Shown here piece by piece: positions 57,301 through 64,000 of a stretch of DNA of 64,000 nt; the stretch's first letter is position 1; each line of letters begins with the position of its first letter. The stretch lies in IMG/VR virus record IMGVR_UViG_3300010885_044417. One strand, written 5' to 3'. This DNA is from an uncultured virus (IMG/VR IMGVR_UViG_3300010885_044417). Lineage: Duplodnaviria > Heunggongvirae > Uroviricota > Caudoviricetes. Position numbers and translations under genes: made by a program. The notes under the pieces were generated by a model, which had not been told where the DNA came from, did no database searches, and saw only the letters and a program-made list of their open reading frames with translations.

Positions 57301-58728
57301 TTTATGCCTAGCGAAGGAGGAAGCCGGTTTAGCGAAAGCCTGGCTGAACCTAGCGAGAGGCAGCTTAGCGAGACCGAGAGAAACGAGCTTGCCGACTACA
57401 TAATGACCAACATGGTTAGGCGTCCAGCCTTGCTATCGACTTTGGCGCAGCGTGAACTCTCGGAGCCCGCAACACTTTTCCGGCTTGGATTTGAGCTGCA
57501 TCCTAAAATGCGCGAAGGACTAGTCGTTGACATTTCTAATAAGGGAGAAAACTTTGCTTCATTCAGCAAGCGTGACTTAGTCAATGACCCTGACGCCCAA
57601 GAAGCTATTTGGTCCCCACTTGGCAATGAGAGTGTCGATGACTTGCCTGTCACGTACATTATTTCAAATGCTAGCCGAGGATTTGAAGTACCTTACCATG
57701 AGCTCGACGAGGATCCTTCATTTGCGAGTGTTGACCATCTTAGAAACCAAGAGGAGGTCTTAGTCACTGGAAAATACCGCGTCAACGGGATTAGCGTGGA
57801 GAATGGGCGCACGTTTGTTAATCTGGCTGAAGCGCACGACTCAATTACGCCAAATGCCCATGTGTGGTTTATGCCAGACTCCGGAATGGATGCTGACATG
57901 AATCTAGATCATGAAGCTTTCTTAGACCACCTCGAAGATAACTACCGAGATGGCGTGATTCCAGTTTCGCACTCGCTGCCTAGGAAGTTCTGGGAAGCCG
58001 CTCAACGGAAAGGTTACCTCGGAGATGCCGGAGATTTCGATGGCGTATTTGCAACTTTGGGAGACAAGAGCGACTTTTATTCTGGAAAAGACCGCGTCCA
58101 CGTGACCGCGCATTTGCCTGCTGACAAGTACCTTGAGCACCTGACTCCGGATATGCGCTATGATGACGTGCAGCATTTTGTAGAAGAGCATCCTTATGCT
58201 GATGGCGGGGACGTCTACGTGAATGCCCCGATCCCACTTGAGCATATTGTGAGCGTGGACGGAACAAAGTTTATGCCTTCGGGCTCTGAGTCGGCTAAAG
58301 AAGGCCTCAGCCTGGAGCAAGCCGAATTCACGGGCCTAGAACCTGCGGCTTTAGGTGGGGCGAGAGTGCCTAATCCTATGGAACCTTCCGACGCGCCCAG
58401 TGCCGCGCCATTAAGCTTGGCGGCCGCTCCTGGCGAAGTCTACAGGCAGAAGTGGGAGCAAGCCCGTGTGGTTGATGGTTCTGAGGCCAGGCCCCAAGAC
58501 CAGAAACTCTTTTTAGTCACGGTTGTAAAACCTAATGGGGAGCGGCTTGAAGACACATTCCCCATCCGGGCCCTGACCAGAGACAAAGCTTTTGAAGGAC
58601 TTAAAGACCTGCGCCGAAAAATCTTTACGCGGTACCAAGGAAAAGCCGACCTGATGGTTTCCGAGATAAGCCCAGAAATGGACAGCGGCCCGGTTGATTG
58701 GGCCGCTCTCCGAGATGCTGCTCGCTAG
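51385..58728 (+). CDS. Large polyvalent internal virion protein (zincin-like and ADP-ribosyltransferase-like domains)
   Basis: 2447 aa; GHEVLVHG; VYRG..TSWT..QKEV; LFR..ASFS..QEEV; four FMP linkers. Confidence 0.7.
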   Translation: MATDSSSLAKDVDDVFGALLATKPKYEQEEEKKPEEIAPLGEAAKHFDTALSSAIDMPAGYQAEQTPYSQLGPEAKKVQFQFDSLEAGTDPKKLRKLQADGEPLTEDQERSIFKGERDAPLSEQAKDVASGFGHAVKSLVWDDLLVGGGKTIKAAAAIPMAMAKQTYTNDPNASDEEARQQYAEAEKKHQEGVDAAKDEAYKAARSFTSGVVQGVEGLTGTAVRGAMYGTGITDRIREQPGGNMIMDAVLSGGSEDAALLSALNLGSEQNRPSGMPTGKFKGRDVAGNIDLDSRPIVQNEDGSVSTVRSMSFNDGEHEVLVPTVSPDGKILSNEDAIKLYRETGQHLGKFKTVEDADAYAEALHKAQEARYATPAGVDPGQTEEQSFQNWRNREQMRRMEAEENQQNPDRAAAVMAELTRMVPVGDQKFREEVAQNILDNQITPDPNIAGFGMAVSPINPVVFGAGPLNKLIGGVVDKGAEGVLRAALKPTVAGMHPIEALGVGLQKVASGTQTAGKRLSDFLTGTEDSAVAKFFDPLVVATKRPGMVLEGTGRIARDLGRQIDEGGFMGRTGVFQRAGQDAESGNFVKTVFGQGAEKERPRGAGRVAEDTEGASKPLRIGPTTAKAADWVSSTAYNLNKHGLSGGIIGVALGTPDIENAEQFGAAAGSGYALGAALSTRPVGKVVDVLNPKTSFKQKVDAVLGKDAAERRADEDADIARFRATASPEILAQTDSFGSQESHVQAWDNHISQLQQAKDELSKSGGDTKNADAQIAAAQKIRESLAKASPDQFNEVQRRINLTVADALDLAKTTGEAVGLNGLNVHFLDSSQMPEFIMNKWGKTLTDATAVIDQLGGKTDLSQSEKESLLRARETVAEVENQLQMWPNQRGFALSPNEIEEDTPAHLRMGNLQGPEIVVNADLIRSQLGTNLSHVLGHEVLVHGLGQFKEVRALMQPIREKLFGIRTKNIDGSVDEISPGIISNEALDKMAEVYGLKMGGGNPAAAAAWKSGFKDQEQLRDYMREEYLAELSGLSHNGTGDLRATLDSPGQAISDWLAVQSDNSVVGKLRDMLGLKGIVLDDQGKVSDILGTTLDPQALAMVRQYQRKLSDLNRGLSFDSSKASDVDISLSEAMTNRAVQEKTKDQDLWEKEQVYQVKDQNGNVIAEIPISSENEANGLIGEYRIENGYLVDEKGNMMELTPELRNAAIPGDAKISIENRILRNPDGSPKILTNREIRARARERNRLIREALDNAPQDGFEGRLEDIGNGVYRGTMSPSQIAAVMALPNRIVSPSLKRKIVQFNEVLQRKDGSRVIVEYQAALRGGGYKSLSPRIRDLAPIGFHFSKDGNFLAVNMSVSRMFDKLNAWVSQKPENLNLWGRDTGKFWEDVTKVLANHAAGKHAEEGLDVDPEIALQKKNRVNDFFNIFVKDTKHLNPDRTVLKTRRGQDSADRIIMSTRMDRINAMELSNAEKLPVNYEKMKVNFMPRGNSADNEFWNSARQTLSNRDAFETRDVTFNESDGPKPRRVLKSAPPQPVGDTPAFAEWQLSNMEFGADAGYTVAQLQDFAAQNKFKSGVGKEFAKDAKERITAKESDAIRDQLARDNGFEPQGEHEPNPVFRARLEAAKKDPNGVFNPKSPNYRMFLDWHGQPFTLHEQAVDYWTSSNSTSQHISAHDLVSQHGLEQAMKIAADQSSVVGKNLYGNSYGLTPKTFTTEPVGHAAGTISKTYYDLRSTPEAIRHVELNGLIEKAAEELRNIDYGYENNEVRKAKEREIRELKLEQADLATRLSAMAAVKYFSERNPNTALFSSGDHAQEIFSQLGSEAADSFKQGTKVYRGLLLDEEYHGSFIKRKGDETLASRIEKALAEDGYFDLPTRALTSWTQTEKLASTFSRHGQGQKDYNSSGTGIVITHEPAASEVVMHPGMPTYQSIFAYRKANGYKFNSGGMDQKEVILRSEPGVFRLTPENTKFVKFMPSEGGSRFSESLAEPSERQLSETERNELADYIMTNMVRRPALLSTLAQRELSEPATLFRLGFELHPKMREGLVVDISNKGENFASFSKRDLVNDPDAQEAIWSPLGNESVDDLPVTYIISNASRGFEVPYHELDEDPSFASVDHLRNQEEVLVTGKYRVNGISVENGRTFVNLAEAHDSITPNAHVWFMPDSGMDADMNLDHEAFLDHLEDNYRDGVIPVSHSLPRKFWEAAQRKGYLGDAGDFDGVFATLGDKSDFYSGKDRVHVTAHLPADKYLEHLTPDMRYDDVQHFVEEHPYADGGDVYVNAPIPLEHIVSVDGTKFMPSGSESAKEGLSLEQAEFTGLEPAALGGARVPNPMEPSDAPSAAPLSLAAAPGEVYRQKWEQARVVDGSEARPQDQKLFLVTVVKPNGERLEDTFPIRALTRDKAFEGLKDLRRKIFTRYQGKADLMVSEISPEMDSGPVDWAALRDAAR

Positions 58729-58843
58729 GATCGTCGCTGGATTTCCCAAGCTACTAGCAGCAGCCCGAGTGGGACTGCCGCTTTAAAGGCGCCTTCAAAA
58801 AACCAGAGAATTGACTGTCCGATAAGAATTGGGTCGTCCATGG

Positions 58844-59557
58844 TTACTTAAGCTTGGTGGTGAAGTCAATGCTGGATCCGACTTGGCGTCCATGCTGGAA
58901 GGCAGCTTTGTCCATGCCGGCTCGGCTGCGGCTGCGAGCCGAGGTCGTCTTAAGGTTCTCGTCAACCCACTGCTCAATGCGGTCTTTCTTGGCGGCAAGA
59001 ACCAGAGCAAACCGATCCTGCTCGTCCTTCTTGAACTTGCGCATCTCAGCCTGCTTGCCGTGAGTGGACTCTTCAATGAATCCCTTGGCTACTCCGCGGA
59101 AGAACGAGTTGGCTGTGTGCGTGTTCCACTTGGTGTCCGTCATCTTGAGATGGCGATTAAGGCCGGTCTTCATGGCCTCGTAGATGAGAGGCAAAGCCAT
59201 CTTAGCAGCCTCAACATCGACAGGCTCGCCCACAAAAAGGTAGGCATGGCGGTAGGTGTGCTTGGCAGAATCCCAAGCTTGCGTGAACAGGACTTTGACC
59301 TCAAAGACCTGGTGAATCACGGCAGGGATCCAGCGGTCCTCGTCACGACGGCGACGGCCGGTGTTAATTGTCTCCTGCTGAAACGCCTCGGCAGGCTTGT
59401 CCTCGATCTGCATCTGCTCGATGCCGTGGCGGATCATCAGCTCCTTGGCTTTGCGCATCGCAATCTCGGTCTCATTCTGGCTGGCGCCATTGGCGGGATC
59501 GGCCATCTTGAAGAGGTTGCGGATCTTGTTGATGATGGATTCGTTTTCTGGGTTCAT
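58844..59557 (-). CDS. DUF2786-like protein
   Basis: IINKIRNLFKMA...SQNETEIAMRKAKELMIRHGIE; NSFFRG; AFQHG. Start placed at ATG 59557. Confidence 0.8.
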   Translation of the reverse strand: MNPENESIINKIRNLFKMADPANGASQNETEIAMRKAKELMIRHGIEQMQIEDKPAEAFQQETINTGRRRRDEDRWIPAVIHQVFEVKVLFTQAWDSAKHTYRHAYLFVGEPVDVEAAKMALPLIYEAMKTGLNRHLKMTDTKWNTHTANSFFRGVAKGFIEESTHGKQAEMRKFKKDEQDRFALVLAAKKDRIEQWVDENLKTTSARSRSRAGMDKAAFQHGRQVGSSIDFTTKLK

Positions 59558-59576
59558 GGTGGCGAAGTCGGAGATA

Positions 59577-59756
59577 TTAGAGAGCGATGAGTTCGCCGTT
59601 GCAGCCTTCATCGTAGAATCCCCAAGTGAGCTTGAAGGTCGGGAGGATAGAGGCTTCGATCTTGCGGGCTTGCTCGCGGGTCCCGTTAAAGGAACGGCCG
59701 TCAAAGTAGAGTCCGGTGATCTTGTTGCGGGCGATGTAGTGGGTGGTGTTATTCAT
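59577..59756 (-). CDS. Small early protein, 59 aa (absent from the ORF track)
   Basis: Hand translation MNNTTHYIARNKITGLYFDG...GELIAL*; ATG 10 nt from a -10 box. Confidence 0.65.
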   Translation of the reverse strand: MNNTTHYIARNKITGLYFDGRSFNGTREQARKIEASILPTFKLTWGFYDEGCNGELIAL

Positions 59757-59766
59757 GACAGTGCTG

Positions 59767-59795
59767 AATGTACCTGGCTGCTAGCTAAGAGTAAA
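59767..59795 (-). promoter_or_regulatory. Early promoter with the shared spacer motif
   Basis: TTTACT-ctTAGCTAGCAGCCAGG (17 nt)-TACATT-cagcactgtc-ATG. Confidence 0.7.
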
Positions 59796-59814
59796 TGACT
59801 ATTTTGAGGGTTTC

Positions 59815-59857
59815 GTGAAAAAGTTTAGGGGCCCCAAGGGATAGAACCTTGGAGCCC
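59815..59857 (-). terminator. Intrinsic terminator after the DUF932-like gene
   Basis: GGGCTCCAAGG-ttctatc-CCTTGGGGCCC followed by ctaaacttttt. Confidence 0.6.
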
Positions 59858-59879
59858 TTTGCGGAGAAGCCGAAGGGAC

Positions 59880-60734
59880 TTACTCAGCCAGGCTCTTACG
59901 AAGAGCCTGGATTCCGCGAGTGCCGCCGGCAAAGAGAGCCTCAGCGCCAGCCCAGAGACGGCGGTTGACGTCAACGTCCAGGTGGAAGGAAGTGACGCCG
60001 CGGCTCTTGCGGCCTGCGCGTGTTGCCACTCCGCCGCGAACCACGTTTTCCTGCACGCGGTTGAACACGGTCCAGAGGTCGTCGGCTTCGTCAGCCTTGC
60101 GGCGGACAGTCAGCAGCTCCTTGGCTTCGACAGGCACGGACTTGTAGCCGCGGTAGCGAACCTCGATCGCGTAGTTGGCCAACGTCGCGGCCTCGATCTT
60201 GGTGACCATGCGGGTCTTGAACGCCTCGACCTGCTGCGCCGCGCTGTCGAGCATCTTGCTCATGTCGCCGGCCAGCTTCTTGATCCCTTCGGCGTCGAGG
60301 TGGAGGTGCAAGGCCTTGAACCCGGCGTGAGGGCCAGAAGAAACCACCATGCCGTTGCTGCAGACAAGGCGGTAAAACCCAGCCATGAGGTTGAGGCGGC
60401 AAGTGCGGTCGTGGCTGTTCTCGAGGATGATCCTCGGCGACTCGCCGCGAAGGCCTTTGGACAAGTTGGACAAGTCGTCCTCGTGGAACAGCTCGATGCG
60501 ATGGCGCCCGTAGAGGCCGCCGCTCTGGCGGGTTCTTGCCGAGGTAGGCACAAAGCCGTTGTCGCGAAGCACTGGCAGGATCTCAGCAGTGCTGAAAAAG
60601 CTGTAGCGCTTGGAGACGTCTGGCGCGGCGTGCTTGGCAAAGATCGCCGGCACGGCCTTGCGCAACTGGGTTTCGTTAAGTTCCACCAGAGCCTTGGCGG
60701 CCTGGTCTATTATGGTGTTAGTAGGTGTGCTCAT
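59880..60734 (-). CDS. DUF932/DUF945 family protein
   Basis: SKRYSFFST..L..GF, ILENSHD, GFYRLVCSNGMV, DLWTVFNRVQEN. Confidence 0.88.
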   Translation of the reverse strand: MSTPTNTIIDQAAKALVELNETQLRKAVPAIFAKHAAPDVSKRYSFFSTAEILPVLRDNGFVPTSARTRQSGGLYGRHRIELFHEDDLSNLSKGLRGESPRIILENSHDRTCRLNLMAGFYRLVCSNGMVVSSGPHAGFKALHLHLDAEGIKKLAGDMSKMLDSAAQQVEAFKTRMVTKIEAATLANYAIEVRYRGYKSVPVEAKELLTVRRKADEADDLWTVFNRVQENVVRGGVATRAGRKSRGVTSFHLDVDVNRRLWAGAEALFAGGTRGIQALRKSLAE

Positions 60735-60746
60735 AACATTTCTGAC

Positions 60747-60773
60747 AGTATACCTGGCAGGCAGCTATGTACA
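60747..60773 (-). promoter_or_regulatory. Early promoter with the shared spacer motif
   Basis: TAGCTGCCTGCCAGG-TATACT-12 nt-ATG. Confidence 0.6.
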
Positions 60774-60803
60774 CAGCTATTTTTAGGGCTTCAAAAAATA
60801 CTT

Positions 60804-62915
60804 TTAGGGCTCAGACGGGGCCTGGATTGTGTAAATCTTCTTGCCGTTGTGGCGCACCGAGGTGACATTGCGGCCCTGCGCTTCCAGTTTGCCAAGCTGT
60901 ACGCCAAACCACTTTGCGCTGTTGCGACCCACGATTCCACGCAAAACGTCGTCAAGAAAGATGTCTTGCATCAACGCTGTCGCAGTGCCTTGCCAAGGAA
61001 CCGGCTCCCGATTCTTTATCCTCTCTCGCATGAAGCTGGTCAAAATCTCATCGAGGACGGCAGCGTCAGTGCTTTCGCCAGCAGCCGAGCGCAATTCAGG
61101 ATGGTGGTAACTCTTGATGCCATAGCGAGCTTGGCCGCTCAAGCATTCTTGAGGGATGTCAAACTCGACAAGCCACGCGGCCAGATAAGGAAGCTCCTTC
61201 AAAATCACGGCATTCAGCTCATGGCGGTCAGGGAACTTCTTGTCGTAGGTCGCAGCCTTGAAGAGGTGGATCTTGTCCAAGATCGAGGTGTCCAAGTCAG
61301 GCAGGATCCTCAAGCTTTCGGCATCGAGGTTGCCCGTGATGACCACGCGGCCAGTCCATTCGACCATAGTCCCGTCGGAGTACATAGCTCGATATTCGAA
61401 AGTCGTGTTGGCCGTAACCTTCTTAAGAAGGCTCGAAAACTTTTTATGGTCAGAAGCATTATCTCCAGGCGTGGCATCATCAATTGCCCAAAGTCCATGG
61501 TGGAACAGTTCCTTATTAAACTCTGAACCGCCCAGCAAAAACTTTGCCGCGTCTTGATGCCCGCCCATAAGTCCCGAAATAATCTTATTCGAGAGTAGCG
61601 TCTTGCCTTGGCCGGCTTCTCCGGCAATAAACACGGCCTGGCCTTGGAGAGGCTTACCCTCCAGAGCCGAAACATAGAACCTTTTAAGCCAGCTCAAGAA
61701 ATACAAAAGTTGCTCGTCGGTGTCAAAGAACTTTTCTAGGAACGTGCTAGTCCACGGGAAGCGGTCGCCCCAGTCGTCGACGCCAGGAGCCGGCGAAAGC
61801 GGCTTGACCCTAGCCGTGTTGAGGACTCGCTTGCCTTGGAACTCGATCATGCCCGGCGGCAAATAGACAAACGGCGCCGCGCCCACCACGCGCCGGTGTT
61901 GGTCAACCATAAAAAGCGCATGCTCCACCTCGCTAAAAGTCGCGTTCTTTTCCTTGTCACCTGAAAGACCCTGCTCCACCTTCAGCCATCGAGCAAACTC
62001 CCTCTCGGCCCGCGGCTCCCATTTCTCGTCAGCAGACTGGTACCAGTAAGCTCGGCCATCATACCAGATTCCATCGATTACGTCACCTAGGCGTTGGGTC
62101 GTGTACTGCTCGACAAACCGGCTGCCGAAGATCTTTGACCAGGGCACGAAACCCGCCGAGCCCGTAAAGCACTGCATGCCCGTGGGCCTGACGATTGCCG
62201 CCGATGGGTTATCAGCCATTGGATCCCAGAACCGGACTCCTCTAGATCCTTCGACAAAAGGCCCTGTCCAGCGGCCAGGAAAAGCCTCGTGCATTTTTGC
62301 CTCGATGACATCGAGAGGAATCTCCTCGCCCTGCCATTTTGCGCCTTCGCTTGACTTCAAGATCCAGCCTTCGACTAGGGAAGCCGGAAGCACTTTTGAG
62401 CCCGAGACTTCCATCCAGTCCCGGCCCACGTCATAGTAGATCGTCGGGTTGAGGAACGCGTCTTGGAAGTCGAAGCCCGGCAAGAGGCCCTTGAGGTCGA
62501 GAGCCTTTGCGGCCATCTTCAGGGTCTTCATCAAGATCGTCGGCGCCGCGATCAGGACAGGCCTCTCCAGAAGCCAGACAAGCCGAGCGCCGCCAGAAGG
62601 AGTGACGTGCACCCAGTTTGGGGCGTGGTCTTCCGCTCGCTCGAGCATGGTCTCAAGGTCCCCGTCTTTAATGCCTGCGTCGTAGTCTGCCACGAGCGCG
62701 TGCATTGAGTGGATTGGGTTTGAGTCCTTGTGGATTCTGAGGTTGGGCACGACGCCCATGAATCCGCAGTAGAGCAGGTGGTCTGTGGAATCCTGGGCAA
62801 GCCACTCCTTATAGAGTCGCTTCGTCTTGAATTGTGGAACTTTGGGCTGGAAATCCCATGGTATTACCATGTCGGCTTCCTGCCCCGCGAGGTTGGTGAT
62901 GCAGGGAAATTTCAT
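60804..62915 (-). CDS. Primase-helicase (AEP/prim-pol-like N-terminus, SF3/D5-like ATPase)
   Basis: VADYD and TPSGGARLVW (primase-like); GEAGQGKT, WAIDD, VITGN (SF3 motifs A/B/C). Confidence 0.85.
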   Translation of the reverse strand: MKFPCITNLAGQEADMVIPWDFQPKVPQFKTKRLYKEWLAQDSTDHLLYCGFMGVVPNLRIHKDSNPIHSMHALVADYDAGIKDGDLETMLERAEDHAPNWVHVTPSGGARLVWLLERPVLIAAPTILMKTLKMAAKALDLKGLLPGFDFQDAFLNPTIYYDVGRDWMEVSGSKVLPASLVEGWILKSSEGAKWQGEEIPLDVIEAKMHEAFPGRWTGPFVEGSRGVRFWDPMADNPSAAIVRPTGMQCFTGSAGFVPWSKIFGSRFVEQYTTQRLGDVIDGIWYDGRAYWYQSADEKWEPRAEREFARWLKVEQGLSGDKEKNATFSEVEHALFMVDQHRRVVGAAPFVYLPPGMIEFQGKRVLNTARVKPLSPAPGVDDWGDRFPWTSTFLEKFFDTDEQLLYFLSWLKRFYVSALEGKPLQGQAVFIAGEAGQGKTLLSNKIISGLMGGHQDAAKFLLGGSEFNKELFHHGLWAIDDATPGDNASDHKKFSSLLKKVTANTTFEYRAMYSDGTMVEWTGRVVITGNLDAESLRILPDLDTSILDKIHLFKAATYDKKFPDRHELNAVILKELPYLAAWLVEFDIPQECLSGQARYGIKSYHHPELRSAAGESTDAAVLDEILTSFMRERIKNREPVPWQGTATALMQDIFLDDVLRGIVGRNSAKWFGVQLGKLEAQGRNVTSVRHNGKKIYTIQAPSEP

Positions 62916-62998
62916 TCAGCTTGGGCCTTAGCTTAGGGCTTGGGGGTGGAAATAGTAGCCACCGCTTGCCTGAGTTAAAATCATCGGCTTCTCCAAGG

Positions 62999-63835
62999 TT
63001 AAGCTAACAGCTTCGAGCTGAATTCTTGAAAGAACCCTTGAAGCCCAGACTTGTCATTTAAGTCAGGCTCGCCAAGAACCATTGCCAGCTGACCGCGGAC
63101 ATCTCCGATTGCCTCAAGGCTGTGGCCTGCCTCCAGCTCAAACGGGAGCTGCTGGTTCCAGTTTGAGATGGGCCAATCCTGGCACTTGGCAATGTCGCGC
63201 TCATAGACGTGGTGCGACCCGGCATTAAGAGTCAAAGTGCCAAGCTCAACCTCACGGCCATGCTGCCGAAGCATCTGCAACACGGACCATGACAGCATCG
63301 TGAAGTTGAAGACGTCGTAAGGGAAGCCCAGCCAGACGTCATTCGACCTCATCGTGTCAATGCAGTGCAGTTTGCCATCTCTGACCAGCCACTGGACTGA
63401 AAGCGTGCAAGGAACGTCTTTAGTCTCAGGCGGGTTCTCCCTCCAGATGTTGCACACGGCTTGCCGAGTGTCTGGGTCGACTAAAAGCCTGCGAGTAGCT
63501 TCTCCGATTTGGCTGCCGATCTTCGGTCCGTAGGCTCCAAAGAAATCTTTGCCGTTGTCGCTAAAGTTGGCAATATTCTTGCAATACTTGCTGATTGAGG
63601 CGACGTCATTCTTGCCAGAGATAATCCACCAGGCTTCAGCGGCCATGAACTTGTAGCTCAGCTTGCGTGCGGCATTGAGGACGATCGGATAGCGCATGTC
63701 GACATGGACTTGGCTTCCGGTGATTTCTCGGACTGACATGCCTCTCGGCGAGGATTTTTGGCCGTTGTGGATAACGCCTGCAAGGAGCATTCCCCAAGCT
63801 TCTGTTGCGGTGTGGGCGACTGGATTAGTGTGCAT
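62999..63835 (-). CDS. Thymidylate-synthase superfamily enzyme, Asp-type (candidate dCMP hydroxymethylase or methylase)
   Basis: GAYG, DTRQA, catalytic PCT, RSNDVWLGFPYD, SHHVYE. Confidence 0.85.
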   Translation of the reverse strand: MHTNPVAHTATEAWGMLLAGVIHNGQKSSPRGMSVREITGSQVHVDMRYPIVLNAARKLSYKFMAAEAWWIISGKNDVASISKYCKNIANFSDNGKDFFGAYGPKIGSQIGEATRRLLVDPDTRQAVCNIWRENPPETKDVPCTLSVQWLVRDGKLHCIDTMRSNDVWLGFPYDVFNFTMLSWSVLQMLRQHGREVELGTLTLNAGSHHVYERDIAKCQDWPISNWNQQLPFELEAGHSLEAIGDVRGQLAMVLGEPDLNDKSGLQGFFQEFSSKLLA

Positions 63836-63852
63836 GGGATGCGGGTTTGGGG

Positions 63853-64000
63853 TTAAGGTTGGACTTCAGGAAGAGGAATGCCTGGATTGGAGATTTCAGG
63901 CGTGAACATGCGCAAGCCGATGTGCGGCATAGCTGCTTGGAGAAGCTGGCCCTCGATCAGCATAGGAGAGTTTTCCAGCGCCTTTAGCTTGCGGCGAGAA
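63853..64000 (-). CDS. 3' end of the junction-spanning dNMP kinase
   Basis: Same frame ...RMFTPEISNPGIPLPEVQP*, ending just upstream of the TS-like gene. Confidence 0.8.
   Translation of the reverse strand, partial: SRRKLKALENSPMLIEGQLLQAAMPHIGLRMFTPEISNPGIPLPEVQP
63889..64000. repeat. Terminal direct repeat, right copy (probably cut by the window edge)
   Basis: Identical to nt 1-112. Confidence 0.95.

Noticed and set aside
59859..61526. 555-aa plus-strand ORF
   Set aside because: Antisense shadow of the DUF932-like and primase-helicase genes; no recognisable motifs
63889..64000. Terminal repeat as a biological direct terminal repeat
   Set aside because: It falls mid-gene and is cut by the window edge, which fits assembler circular overlap; true termini cannot be inferred from it
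1..64000. Stop-codon reassignment, CRISPR array, integrase/repressor module
   Set aside because: Genes tile densely under the standard code with all three stops in use; no repeat-spacer array and no recombinase motif were seen

Overview
This window holds an apparently complete, circularly closed dsDNA phage genome of 63,888 bp: nt 63889-64000 repeat nt 1-112, and a nucleotide-kinase gene reads through the junction. The minus strand (about 58.8-64 kb, continuing through 1-20.2 kb) carries early and replication genes: primase-helicase, family-A DNA polymerase, SF2 helicase, a PD-(D/E)XK exonuclease, an acyl carrier protein and many small ORFs. It also carries a nucleotide/DNA-modification set: an Asp-type thymidylate-synthase homologue, dNMP kinase, Nudix hydrolase, dCMP deaminase, and an SGNH-like / 5-HMUDK-like / PLP-enzyme triplet. 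The plus strand (20.7-58.7 kb) carries a RuvC-like resolvase, terminase, portal, scaffold, three glycosyltransferase-like genes, major capsid, lysis cassette, podovirus-type tail and ejection proteins, a PAPS-reductase-like gene and a 2447-aa polyvalent protein. No integrase, tape measure, tRNA or CRISPR array was seen. A Verrucomicrobiota-like host is inferred only from domain content. The strongest candidate for an undescribed system is the non-canonical base-hypermodification pathway. Other leads are possible virion glycosylation, a c4-like RNA, an H-type pseudoknot and a symmetric inverted-repeat element at the divergent junction. All family assignments come from motif recognition by eye, not database searches.
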